NCBI GenBank assembly: GCA_026396115.1
Contig: JAPLXL010000007.1
Coordinates: forward strand, 6,565 to 70,564
Reading direction: 5' to 3'
Source of the DNA: Candidatus Nealsonbacteria bacterium
GTDB taxonomy: Bacteria; Patescibacteriota; Minisyncoccia; Minisyncoccales; RBG-13-42-11
Length of the DNA: 64,000 nt
The first letter of the stretch is position 1, and each line of letters opens with the position of its first letter. Shown here in pieces: positions 28,629 through 38,013 of this stretch. The notes beneath the pieces were generated by a model. It saw nothing but the letters and a program-made list of their open reading frames with translations, made no database searches and was not told the origin of the DNA. The translations under genes were made by a program, and so were the position numbers.

Positions 28629-29508
28629 TAAAATCCCAAGCGTATTGCATAAAAGAGCGCGCCTGCTGATGTGTTATATTTTGATTACCCCTAAACAACC
28701 ATTTTAGATCGCTAACCTCCGCATAGTTGTTAGCTTTCTCCAACTCACCCATCTCATTGCAAACCGTAGCGACAACGGCTCGCGTTGCCTCCGCATAAGT
28801 ATTTTTTTGAAAGTGAGTATTCGGTAGCACATTCCAAGCCAAGCATTCCAAAAAGAAAGATGGCATTGTTTCTGGGGCGATTGTATTTTGGTCTATTAAT
28901 TCATTCCGAACATTTTTGAGTATGCGAACGACCGATTTATACATTCGACTGGTGCTATCGTTTTTACTAACGCCGTTGTCGTAGTGTTGCTCCGGAAAAC
29001 TATAAATATGGATACCGGCGTCTGTAACAAACTCAATGCCCTCAGTTTCAACCAAAGAAGGCGTTTTGAATCTTTTATGCACAAAACAAGGAACAATGTC
29101 AGCATTTACTCTTTGCGAGCTACCTTTTACCATTATACATTTATTCTTTCGCTCAATAGCAGTGGTACCGAACTTATTTATCAAGATACTCTGAATGTCA
29201 TTTTTGAACTGAGGAAAGGTATATGTCGAAGCATTAAAATCTGCCCAATATTGTTGTTTGTCTACTTCTGACATTCCGTTTACATCTGAAAAATAGTAAT
29301 CATCATGTCGAACTACAATATCAACATCGCTATCAAGCTTGACGTTGGTTCTGTTTTTATAGGATCCTTGTAGAAAAATAGAAACACTGTCGCCAAATTT
29401 TGCACGAATAGCATCCGTAATCTGGCTAACGGCATTCTGACATTTTCCTTCCTCTGTTTCGCTCGGGGGCTTTGCCCAACGAGCTAATTGTTCCTCGGTC
29501 ACATTCAT
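28612..29508 (-). CDS. cdnE: CBASS CD-NTase, clade E-like
   Basis: IFLQGSYKNRTNVKLDSDVDIV, ERKNKCI, NADIVPC, SFPEQHYDNG..KN, YKSVVRILK, PSFFLECLAWNV. Confidence 0.9.
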   Translation of the reverse strand: MNVTEEQLARWAKPPSETEEGKCQNAVSQITDAIRAKFGDSVSIFLQGSYKNRTNVKLDSDVDIVVRHDDYYFSDVNGMSEVDKQQYWADFNASTYTFPQFKNDIQSILINKFGTTAIERKNKCIMVKGSSQRVNADIVPCFVHKRFKTPSLVETEGIEFVTDAGIHIYSFPEQHYDNGVSKNDSTSRMYKSVVRILKNVRNELIDQNTIAPETMPSFFLECLAWNVLPNTHFQKNTYAEATRAVVATVCNEMGELEKANNYAEVSDLKWLFRGNQNITHQQARSFMQYAWDFIGYEN

Positions 29509-29618
29509 ACTGTTTGGAATAACTTAATTTTGACTTTCTATTTATTTTTACCTTCACCATTAACTCTTATGTTATAATCTATCTAAGACTGCCTCCGCGC
29601 TTGTATCACGATTATATA

Positions 29619-29792
29619 TTAGTGTTTGGTTTTATCCACTAATACATAACGCTGACCTGCCTCAGGCGTAGGTGGTAAGGGTTCGCCCTCAGTAACAGTG
29701 CGTTCCTCTCCGGTCCTTCCGCCTCGTGGACCAATAATTTCATATTGTCCAGAATCTTCGGCTTTTTGGCCAGGACTAAAAGTTTTTGCCAT
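29619..29792 (-). CDS. YjzC-family small protein
   Basis: PGQKA..SGQY.IIGPRGG......T...GEPLPPT; probable start MAKTF. Confidence 0.75.
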   Translation of the reverse strand: MAKTFSPGQKAEDSGQYEIIGPRGGRTGEERTVTEGEPLPPTPEAGQRYVLVDKTKH

Positions 29793-29932
29793 AAGCAATC
29801 CTTTCAATCTTATTTACAGCGAGTTCGACTACTTCTCGCCTGCTGCAGAGGCAGCAAGTTCCAATAACTACATACAGCAAGCGGGATGGAGGCAGCCTTA
29901 GGCAAAATACAAACCTGTGGATAACTTTGCTA

Positions 29933-29961
29933 TTGTTTAGGTTATCTTTAGGTATTATAAT
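29933..29961 (+). promoter_or_regulatory. Promoter of the lexA-like gene; probably leaderless
   Basis: TTGTTT-17 bp-TATAAT; the ATG begins 7 nt after the -10 box; overlapped by TAGGT repeats. Confidence 0.55.
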
Positions 29962-29967
29962 ATAGGT

Positions 29968-30594
29968 ATGAAAGGGAAGTCAAGCGTTTGGGTAAACAAG
30001 CCCTCAAAACGACAAGCGGAAATTTTGGAATTTATTGCAAAATTCCAAAAAGAAAATAGTTATTCCCCTTCCCTGGCAGAGATAGCTAGTAATTTTGATA
30101 TTTCAATACCGACCGTGCATCAACATATTTCTTATCTACGAAAAAAGAAATTACTCATCACGCATAAATGGAAAAAACGTTCGATCCAACCGTTTAATAA
30201 TCGAAAAAGTGATCTGGTAGAAATACCGCTACTCGGCCTTATCTCCGCAGGTGGTCCCATTGAGGCGATTACAAATCCCGAACCAATTGAGGTCCCGCGC
30301 AGTATGCTTTCAAAAGGCGCAAATCATTACGCCCTAAAGGTATCGGGAACAAGCATGATTGAAGAGGGAATCTCTGATGGAGATATTGTGATAGTCCGGG
30401 AGCAACAGACAGTTGATGACGGCGAAAAAGCAGTTGCATATTTGCCGGACAAAGACGCAGTTACTCTCAAAAAGATTTATCGAGACAAAAACCGTATAAA
30501 ACTTGTCCCTGCAAATAAATACATGAAGCCTTTTTATGAAACGAATGTGGAAATACAGGGCAAGGTCGTCGGTGTTCTTAGGAAAGAAATTTAA
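29968..30594 (+). CDS. lexA: LexA-family repressor (wHTH + S24 peptidase)
   Basis: YSPSLAEIA, Ala-Gly cleavage site ISAGGP, catalytic GTSM and TLKK. Confidence 0.85.
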   Translation: MKGKSSVWVNKPSKRQAEILEFIAKFQKENSYSPSLAEIASNFDISIPTVHQHISYLRKKKLLITHKWKKRSIQPFNNRKSDLVEIPLLGLISAGGPIEAITNPEPIEVPRSMLSKGANHYALKVSGTSMIEEGISDGDIVIVREQQTVDDGEKAVAYLPDKDAVTLKKIYRDKNRIKLVPANKYMKPFYETNVEIQGKVVGVLRKEI

Positions 30595-30613
30595 TAAATG
30601 TTAAAATAATTTT

Positions 30614-32188
30614 ATGTCTTTAGTAACTATCCCCGAAGCATCAAAGTGGGCATCAGATTTTCTTGAAAAAGAAGTTTTGCCGACAAATATTTCTTATCTT
30701 GTCCAATATGGAAAAGTAAAAAAACATGGAGAGAACGGCTCGACCATGGTTGATTTGAATGATTTAAAAGAATATTACGATTCGTATAATGGTAAACGCG
30801 AAGTAAGTTGGAAAAAAAATCTAGGTGATGATTTAAATTGGACACTTTCTTTTGATAATTTACGAGAAAAAGACACCACGAAGCATGTCCACAGACTCCA
30901 CCCATATAAAGGCAAATACATTCCACAGCTTGTTGAATATTTTATAGATAATCACACTGATGGCTTTAAGAAAGAAGTATATTTCAAAGCCGGTGATATT
31001 ATTCTTGATCCGTTCTTGGGCTCCGGGACGACAATTATCCAGTCGCTTGAAATGGGTATTCACTCCATTGGTATAGATGTTTCTGAATTTAACTGCATGA
31101 TCTCAAGTTGTAAGGCGACCCACTATGACGACGAATATTTACAAAAGGCGATTAAGAAATTGATTGCTTCGCTTGATTCTTTTGAGCACGACAATAAAAT
31201 TCAGAATTTTGAAAACGAACTTTTGGCCGAACTTGCCAAATTTAACTCGGTACACTTTCCGGGTTATGATTTCAAATACAAAGTTAATCAAGGAAGCTTT
31301 GATGAAAATAGATTCGCCACAGAAAAAGAGAAAGAATTTTTACCTACTTATCAAAAATTACTCAAGAAATACTCAATCAAATTAAGGCAGGATACATCGT
31401 CCACTTTCTTAGATACTTGGTTTATAGAAAATGTACGCCGTGAGATTGACCATGTATTTCAGACAATAAAGCAAGAAAAGGATATTAAGACGCGAAAAAT
31501 TCTTGCACTTATTTTAAGCAGAACAATTAGGTCGTGCCGTGCGACTACGCATAGTGACCTAGCAACCCTCAAAGAACCTCAGCTAACGACTTATTACTGC
31601 TACAAGCACAAAAAAATCTGCAAGCCCCTTTTCTCTATAACAAACATGCTCAATCGCTACGCTCCAGATACCTTAAACAGAATCAGAGAATTTAACAGAT
31701 TACGCAAGCCTGTCCATTATTCTGTCTTAACTGGTGATTCAAGAGCGGTGAATATTTTTGAAAAAGTAGAAAAACAAAATCCAGAATTTTCCAAAATACT
31801 AAAGAAGCAAAAAATAGCAGGTATATTTTGCTCACCGCCATATGTTGGACAAATTGATTATCACGAACAGCATGCCTATGCTTATGATCTTCTCGGGTTT
31901 AAGCGCAAAGATGATTTAGAAATAGGCCCGCTGTACAAAGGGCAAGGACTAGAGTCTCGCCGGTCCTATGTGCAAGGAATTGCGGATGTGCTAAATAACT
32001 GCAAACAATATCTCAAAGAGGATTTTGACATTTTTCTTGTGGCGAATGATAAATACAATCTCTATCCAGAAATTGCTGAAAAAGCGGGAATGAAAATTGT
32101 GAATCAGTTTAAGCGGCCGGTATTGAACCGCACGGAACGAGATCGAAATCCGTATTCAGAGATAATTTTCCACTTTAAGATAATATAA
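30614..32188 (+). CDS. Type II amino-methyltransferase (probably N4-cytosine) with N-terminal HTH-like region
   Basis: HRLHPYKGK, DPFLGSGT (motif I), SPPY (motif IV). Confidence 0.85.
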   Translation: MSLVTIPEASKWASDFLEKEVLPTNISYLVQYGKVKKHGENGSTMVDLNDLKEYYDSYNGKREVSWKKNLGDDLNWTLSFDNLREKDTTKHVHRLHPYKGKYIPQLVEYFIDNHTDGFKKEVYFKAGDIILDPFLGSGTTIIQSLEMGIHSIGIDVSEFNCMISSCKATHYDDEYLQKAIKKLIASLDSFEHDNKIQNFENELLAELAKFNSVHFPGYDFKYKVNQGSFDENRFATEKEKEFLPTYQKLLKKYSIKLRQDTSSTFLDTWFIENVRREIDHVFQTIKQEKDIKTRKILALILSRTIRSCRATTHSDLATLKEPQLTTYYCYKHKKICKPLFSITNMLNRYAPDTLNRIREFNRLRKPVHYSVLTGDSRAVNIFEKVEKQNPEFSKILKKQKIAGIFCSPPYVGQIDYHEQHAYAYDLLGFKRKDDLEIGPLYKGQGLESRRSYVQGIADVLNNCKQYLKEDFDIFLVANDKYNLYPEIAEKAGMKIVNQFKRPVLNRTERDRNPYSEIIFHFKII

Positions 32189-32191
32189 CTA

Positions 32192-32974
32192 ATGGCTTTA
32201 TCAAAAGAACAAGTAAATAGTGTCGAAGAAGTTTTGAAGGCAAGTTTGCGCAATAAGTTTCAAAACTATAAACCAGAGCCGGCATCAATGCCTTTTCATA
32301 CCCGATTGCTCGGTAAAGATCGTCTCGCTTTATATTCATTTATTCATTCTCTCAATACAAATTTCGGCACGAGTATTTTTGAACCGGTAGGTCTTGCTTT
32401 AGCACAAAAGAATTTTAAAATGGCCGCTTCGCAAGCTACAGCAGGAGATCAAATCAGTAGTGCCGCACAAGCCGAAATCCAGAAGATTATTGATGGTCTT
32501 ATCACAGTAACAAGTTCTCCGAATAAAAAGGAAGAAATTGAGAGAATAAGAAAAGTCTGCCAAACAGGTCAGATGATAAAAGTAAAACCGACAAAAGTTG
32601 ATTTAATGTTTGAATCAAAAGGCGGCGCATATTTCTTATTTGATATTAAAACTGCAAAACCAAACGCTGGCGGTTTTAAAGAGTTTAAGCGCACTCTACT
32701 TGAATGGGTTGCTGTTGTTTTAGCAAACAAACCCGATGCGAAAATAAATACCTTCATAGCAATTCCGTACAATCCCTATGAGCCAGAACCGTACACTCGC
32801 TGGACCATGCGAGGTATGCTTGATTTGGAAAATGAGCTTAAAGTAGCAGATGAATTTTGGGATTTTCTTGGTGGTAAAAATACCTATAAAGATTTGCTTG
32901 ATTGTTTTGAGAGAGTTGGCATTGAGTTGAGAGATGAAATTGATGATTACTTTAAGCGCTTTAATAAGAAGTAA
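32192..32974 (+). CDS. Type II restriction endonuclease, TdeIII/MjaII-like
   Basis: MPFH..LLG, SF.HSL.T.FG.SIFE, VDL...DIKTAKPN, PYNPYEP; directly follows the methyltransferase. Confidence 0.75.
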   Translation: MALSKEQVNSVEEVLKASLRNKFQNYKPEPASMPFHTRLLGKDRLALYSFIHSLNTNFGTSIFEPVGLALAQKNFKMAASQATAGDQISSAAQAEIQKIIDGLITVTSSPNKKEEIERIRKVCQTGQMIKVKPTKVDLMFESKGGAYFLFDIKTAKPNAGGFKEFKRTLLEWVAVVLANKPDAKINTFIAIPYNPYEPEPYTRWTMRGMLDLENELKVADEFWDFLGGKNTYKDLLDCFERVGIELRDEIDDYFKRFNKK

Positions 32975-33237
32975 AACCCGCCCCGCCTTTGCCACCCATT
33001 TCAATTCAAATCTCCCCCGCGAAAAAAATAAGAATAGAGATGTGGCAAGGCGAGGGCGAAACGCCGAGTCCGCCAGCTGGCGGAGAGGCGTTGGGCGGAA
33101 TGAGTATGTCGCATCACCACACAATCCGAGTGTACGAATTAGTCCAAAACCACCACGCTCGCGGAGCGTGCGAGATCATTCTGCATCCGGACCCTGTTCA
33201 AAATATGTTCGGATTTCGTCCAATAGCCGGAGCCAAT

Positions 33238-33269
33238 AAAAAACCGCCTCAATTAAAAGGCGATTTTTT
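33238..33269 (-). terminator. tRNA-Asn terminator
   Basis: CGCC-N-GGCGG followed by a T tract, right after the CCA end. Confidence 0.75.
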
Positions 33270-33344
33270 TGGCTCCGCGGGTAGGATTCGAACCTACAAC
33301 CTAGTGCTTAACAGGCACCCGCGCTACCATTGCGCCACCGCGGA
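33270..33344 (-). tRNA. tRNA-Asn(GTT)
   Basis: Cloverleaf: acceptor TCCGCGG/CCGCGGA, anticodon arm GGTGC-CTGTTAA-GCACT, GTTCGAATC, encoded CCA. Confidence 0.95.
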
Positions 33345-33386
33345 ATGATTTTTAATAATAACAAAAAATTGAAAATTTTTCAATCA

Positions 33387-33430
33387 CCCGAATCGCAATG
33401 AAGGGTGAAGAAAAGATTTATCTCTTCGAC
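33387..33430 (+). repeat. Palindromic element copy (after rpoD stop)
   Basis: ccgaa...gaagggtgaagaaaagatttatctcttcgac. Confidence 0.7.
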
Positions 33431-34653
33431 TAATAACCTTTCAATTTTTTAAGAAAGCCATGTTCTCTAATTCTCTCTAATGACTTGGCTTCAATTTGGC
33501 GGATTCGCTCGCGGGTTACGCCGAATTCCTTACCAACTTCTTCAAGAGTATGGGTAATCCCATCTCCTAACCCAAACCTCATGGCTAAAATCTTTTGTTC
33601 TCTGGGAGTTAAATCAATCAAAATTTCTTTTAATCTTTCTTTTAGCAAAGTCCTGGCCGCTTCCAAAGAAGGTGAAATGGATTTTTCATCCTCAATGAAT
33701 TCAGCTAAAATAGAATCTTTTTCATCTTCGCCAACCGGCATTTCAAGCGAAACAGTACTTTGAGAAATTTTTTGAATATGACGGACCTTATCTACTTCGA
33801 TTCCCATTTCGGCCGCAATTTCTTCGGGTAAGGGCTCCCTGCCCAGGTCCTGCAATAATCTGCGTTTCACTTGGGAATATTTTGAAATGGTTTCTACCAT
33901 ATGAACAGGAATTCTAATGGTTCTGGCTTGATCAGCTAAAGCGCGGGTAACTGCCTGCCTTATCCACCAGGTGGCGTAAGTTGAAAACTTATAACCCCTT
34001 CTCCAGTCAAATTTCTCTACCGCTCGAAACAAACCCAAGTTTCCTTCTTGAATTAAATCAAGTAAGGTTAAATTAGGAGATCTACCAACATACCTTTTAG
34101 CAATAGAAACAACCAATCTTAAGTTGGCCTTGGCCAATGTTTTCTTTGCTTCCCGATCACCTTTTTCAATTCTTTTTGACAATTCTTTTTCTTCAGCAGC
34201 CGTAACAAAAGAAATCTTGCCAATTTCTTTTAGATACATCTGGATGGGATCAATTCTAGCTTCGGCTTCTTTTCTTTTTCCAACTTTTTCCTCAAGAGAG
34301 ATTAATCCCTTCGCTTCTTTAACTTCAATTCCTTCTTTTTCCAAATTCTCATAAAGTTTTTCCAGCCCTTTAATATCTTTTTCTATATCACCGAAGTAAT
34401 AAAGAATTTCAGAATAAGTGACAAAGCCCCGTTCCTTTCCTCTTTTGATCAATTTCTGAAATTTTTCCGGAGTAAAAACTTTCTTAGGCCTGCCTCGTAG
34501 GAAGCCTTTGGCTTTCCTTCGGGGTCGACCAAGTTTTACTCCTCGCCTTTTTCTTCGAACAGAAACGATCTTCTTCTTTTTCCCTTTCAATTGTTTTTTC
34601 TTTTTACCCCGTAGGAAGATTGCTTTCCTTCGGGGTTTTTTTATTTTTGTCAT
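33430..34653 (-). CDS. rpoD: Primary sigma factor RpoD with basic N-terminal extension
   Basis: [46 protein letters not shown]. Confidence 0.95.
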   Translation of the reverse strand: MTKIKKPRRKAIFLRGKKKKQLKGKKKKIVSVRRKRRGVKLGRPRRKAKGFLRGRPKKVFTPEKFQKLIKRGKERGFVTYSEILYYFGDIEKDIKGLEKLYENLEKEGIEVKEAKGLISLEEKVGKRKEAEARIDPIQMYLKEIGKISFVTAAEEKELSKRIEKGDREAKKTLAKANLRLVVSIAKRYVGRSPNLTLLDLIQEGNLGLFRAVEKFDWRRGYKFSTYATWWIRQAVTRALADQARTIRIPVHMVETISKYSQVKRRLLQDLGREPLPEEIAAEMGIEVDKVRHIQKISQSTVSLEMPVGEDEKDSILAEFIEDEKSISPSLEAARTLLKERLKEILIDLTPREQKILAMRFGLGDGITHTLEEVGKEFGVTRERIRQIEAKSLERIREHGFLKKLKGY

Positions 34654-34654
34654 T

Positions 34655-36400
34655 TTAGGTGGTTTCCAAATCAAAAAGTGATTTGGAGCAAAGATTAAAC
34701 TCTTTAATTAACTCTTCAACCTTTTTCCAATTTTGCTCTTTTTCAGCTTTTTTTATTTCCTGAGAAATCTGGTTTAATTTATTTTTAGTTTCTATTATCA
34801 AAATTTCTTTTAAGCAGTGTTGGATTTCGGAGGTAATTTCTTTTTCTTCTATTTCTTCTATCTCTGCTTTTATGGCAAGATAATTAAAAAAATCAGAATC
34901 AATCTTTGCTCCCTTCTTTAATTTTATCAAAATTTCTTTGACAGGTCCTGAAAACTTCTCCAAGTCTTCTTTTTTAATAATCTTTATGTTTTGCGGCGAT
35001 TTCAAAATTAAAATAATCAATCTTTCTTCCAATAATTCATTTCTTGATTTTAACGGTAATTTTTTAATTTCTTCCGGTTCCGGCTCTAAAACTTCAGAAT
35101 ATTCTTCCAATTTAACTTTTTTTAATTCTTCCTCAACATCTTCTTCTTTGGTACTCAATCTTCCTGCCAATTCATTTATCCAATGGGCCTGAATTATTCT
35201 GTTGGGAATTTTTTTAATTACGGGTAAAAGCACAGTTGCTATTCCTCTTTTACCATCTGGCGTCTCTTTATCAAATTTAGCAAAAGCGCTCTCAAAATAA
35301 AAATCCATAATTGATTTTACTTCCTTTATTCTTTTTTCCCATTCTTTTGGATTTTTAAAAATTAAATCTGCCGGATCCAAACCCTTAGGTAGAGTAACAA
35401 CTTTAACATTAAAATCGTGAAGTTGAGCCAGGCCAATTCCTCTTTTGGTGGCCAGGTCGCCGGCCACATCCATATCAAAGGCGATGAACAAATTATCCGA
35501 ATAACGCTTCAAGATTTTTAATTGAAAAGAGGTGAGAGCGGTTCCCGAAGAAGCTACCACGTTTTCAAATCCCGATTGAAATACCATTATTAAATCAATA
35601 TAGCCCTCAACTAAAATACAAAAATCTTTCTTTCTAATTACTACTTTTGCTTTGTCCAGGCCGTATAAAATGTGACCTTTGTCATAAAGCATGGTTTGGG
35701 GAGTATTAACGTATTTTGCGATTTCTTCATTATCTTGAGCTTTAAAAACCCTGCCGCCAAAACCAACCACCTGCGAATTTAAATCAAAAACCGGAAAAAT
35801 AATTCTCCCCCTGAACCTGTCATAAAAAGAACCTTTTTCAGAAGATAGCCCTAGCCCGGCTTTTTTAATTTCCTCTTGCTGATAATCTCTGGAGAATAAA
35901 AAATCGGCCAATCCCTGCCAGACATCGGGAGCATAACCTATTCTCCATTTTTTTATGCTTTCTTCTCTAATTCCTCTAGAGACAAGATATTTTTTTGCTT
36001 CTTTTCCGATTTTACTTTCTTCAAGTTGTTTTTCAAAAAATCTGGTGGCCAGTTCGCAAATTTCATAAAGCCGCTGTCTTTCTGTCTGCCATTTTTTGTA
36101 TTCCGGCGTTTGTCGCTTAAGTTCAACCCCTGCTTTTTGGGCTAAAATTCTTAAAGCATCGCCAAACTCAACCCCTTCAATCTGCATGACGAATTTAAAA
36201 ATATCTCCCCCTGTTCCGCAGCCACCGAAACAATGCCAAATTTGACGGACCGGCGAAACAAAAAAAGAAGGTTTTTTTTCTGAATGAAAAGGGCAAAGGG
36301 CCCGATAGTTTATCCCTGATTTTTGAAGCTTAATGTAACTTCCAACAACCTCAACTATGTCCAGACGAGATTTTATTTCATCAACAGGAGAATTGAGCAT
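34655..36400 (-). CDS. dnaG: DNA primase
   Basis: [11 protein letters not shown] zinc finger, [34 protein letters not shown]. Confidence 0.95.
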   Translation of the reverse strand: MLNSPVDEIKSRLDIVEVVGSYIKLQKSGINYRALCPFHSEKKPSFFVSPVRQIWHCFGGCGTGGDIFKFVMQIEGVEFGDALRILAQKAGVELKRQTPEYKKWQTERQRLYEICELATRFFEKQLEESKIGKEAKKYLVSRGIREESIKKWRIGYAPDVWQGLADFLFSRDYQQEEIKKAGLGLSSEKGSFYDRFRGRIIFPVFDLNSQVVGFGGRVFKAQDNEEIAKYVNTPQTMLYDKGHILYGLDKAKVVIRKKDFCILVEGYIDLIMVFQSGFENVVASSGTALTSFQLKILKRYSDNLFIAFDMDVAGDLATKRGIGLAQLHDFNVKVVTLPKGLDPADLIFKNPKEWEKRIKEVKSIMDFYFESAFAKFDKETPDGKRGIATVLLPVIKKIPNRIIQAHWINELAGRLSTKEEDVEEELKKVKLEEYSEVLEPEPEEIKKLPLKSRNELLEERLIILILKSPQNIKIIKKEDLEKFSGPVKEILIKLKKGAKIDSDFFNYLAIKAEIEEIEEKEITSEIQHCLKEILIIETKNKLNQISQEIKKAEKEQNWKKVEELIKEFNLCSKSLFDLETT

Positions 36401-36484
36401 AAAAAGATGCCTAACAAGAAAAAAATTAAGAAATACTATAGACAATCATAACATATAAAAAAGGCGTAATCAATCATCAAAGTA

Positions 36485-36513
36485 TTGACATAAAATCCCA
36501 AAAAAAATAAAAT
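36485..36513 (+). promoter_or_regulatory. sigma70 promoter for the GT4 pair
   Basis: TTGACA-17 bp-TAAAAT, about 200 nt upstream of the ATG at 36714. Confidence 0.7.
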
Positions 36514-36713
36514 AAGAGAATATCAAAATAAGTTTAAAATTCCGCTAAAAACGGATAAGCAAGATTATAGAAATGAAATTCTGTCTATTCTCAAACCTCA
36601 CGAAATGTATTTATTCCGAAAATTACAGTCTCTCAATAAGAAACCGAAAATAACGGTTTATTAATTGAAAAACATTCCCCGTTCTAAAGACGGGCTTGCG
36701 TTTTTAAGAGAAA

Positions 36714-38009
36714 ATGGAAGAAAAAACAAACAATAGCTCCCAAAACCAGGATAAAAGAATAGCGATGTTTACTCCCCACGCTGACCCTTTAGCGCAGCTG
36801 GGAAGCCAAGAAAGTGGCGGCCAGAATATTTATATAAGATCGCTAGCGACAGAGCTTGATAAAAGAGGCTGGAGTATTGATATTTTTACAAGATGGGACG
36901 AACCTCACAAAAAAAGCGTATCTTTAATGGGAAAAAGATCTCGGGTAATTCGTTTAAAAGGAGGCCCGGCAAAATATGTTCCTAAAAACCAACTTTTCGA
37001 CCATTTTGAAGAGCTTTACAGTAATTTTCTGAATGTCATAGACCACCAAAATCCCTACTCCCTATTTCACGGCCACTACTGGGATGGCGGATGGATGGCG
37101 ATTAAAGCCTGCCGGCAATTTAGTAAGCCATTTGTCGAAAATTTTCATTCTATTGGAATGATTCGCTTCAAAACAAAAGAAAAATATCTTAAAAACCAGA
37201 ATGAAAGAATATTTATTGAGAAAAGAACTGCCCTAGAAAAAGAAATTATAGATCGATCGTCTATTATCATTAGTCTCTCAGAAACAGAAAAAAACGATCT
37301 GCATAGTTTATACGAAGCCCCGTTAGAAAAAATAACGGTAATCCCTGGTGGAGTGAATTTAAAACAATTCACCAAAATCGCTAAAGAAAAAGCTAGGGAA
37401 AAACTCAATATCAATAAAGATAATTTTATCATTCTTTATGTGGGTAGATTAGAATGGAGAAAAGGAATCGGTACGCTTATAACTGCTATAAAATTATTAA
37501 AAAGCGAAGTGCCTAATTTAGAAATACTAATTGTCGGCGGAAAAATTTACGGCAGGCAAAAAAACTTCAGCGATTTCAAAGAATATCAACGTCTCTTAAA
37601 AAAAACAGAGGAAGAAGGTGTAAAAGAAATTGTTCATTTTAAAGGAAGAATAGACCATGTCCAACTTCCTCTCTTTTATTCTGTTGCCGATGTCTTTGTG
37701 GTTCCCTCATACTACGAGCCATTTGGGTTGGTAGCTCTAGAAGCGAACGCTTCTCAAGTTTCTGTTATTGCTTCTCGGGTTGGAGGCCTCCAAACTACTA
37801 TAAAAGACGGGGAAACGGGTTTGCTGTTTGAGCCGCGCAATTGTCTCGACCTAAAAGAAAAAATATTAAAACTTTATACTTCAAAAGACTTAGCCGAAAA
37901 AATCACAAAAAATGCTTATGAAAACGTCAAAAAGAACTATTCCTGGACCAACATTGCTGATAAAATAGATCAAATTTATAAATCATTAATAAACAGAAAC
38001 AAACAATGA
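36714..38009 (+). CDS. GT4 glycosyltransferase, MshA/sucrose-phosphate-synthase-like subgroup
   Basis: HADPL..LG...SGGQNIY, HGHYWDGG, YEPFGLVALEA. Confidence 0.85.
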   Translation: MEEKTNNSSQNQDKRIAMFTPHADPLAQLGSQESGGQNIYIRSLATELDKRGWSIDIFTRWDEPHKKSVSLMGKRSRVIRLKGGPAKYVPKNQLFDHFEELYSNFLNVIDHQNPYSLFHGHYWDGGWMAIKACRQFSKPFVENFHSIGMIRFKTKEKYLKNQNERIFIEKRTALEKEIIDRSSIIISLSETEKNDLHSLYEAPLEKITVIPGGVNLKQFTKIAKEKAREKLNINKDNFIILYVGRLEWRKGIGTLITAIKLLKSEVPNLEILIVGGKIYGRQKNFSDFKEYQRLLKKTEEEGVKEIVHFKGRIDHVQLPLFYSVADVFVVPSYYEPFGLVALEANASQVSVIASRVGGLQTTIKDGETGLLFEPRNCLDLKEKILKLYTSKDLAEKITKNAYENVKKNYSWTNIADKIDQIYKSLINRNKQ

Positions 38010-38013
38010 AAAT

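Larger units (their letters stand above)
22395..33269. mobile_element. Accessory/defence island accreted at the 3' end of tRNA-Asn; no intact integrase seen
   Basis: tRNA-3'-end-like sequence at 26959-26976; 24/25 copy of the tRNA terminator at 22913-22937; repeated (A/G)ACGA(C/T)GTTAGAA scars; defence cargo. Confidence 0.6.

Noticed and set aside
29916..29924. Perfect DnaA box TGTGGATAA
   Set aside because: A single box with no cluster or dnaA nearby; not evidence of oriC.
32720..33348. Three overlapping ORFs (134, 101 and 119 aa) beside tRNA-Asn
   Set aside because: They overlap the REase, the terminator or the tRNA; better explained as non-coding element-end sequence.
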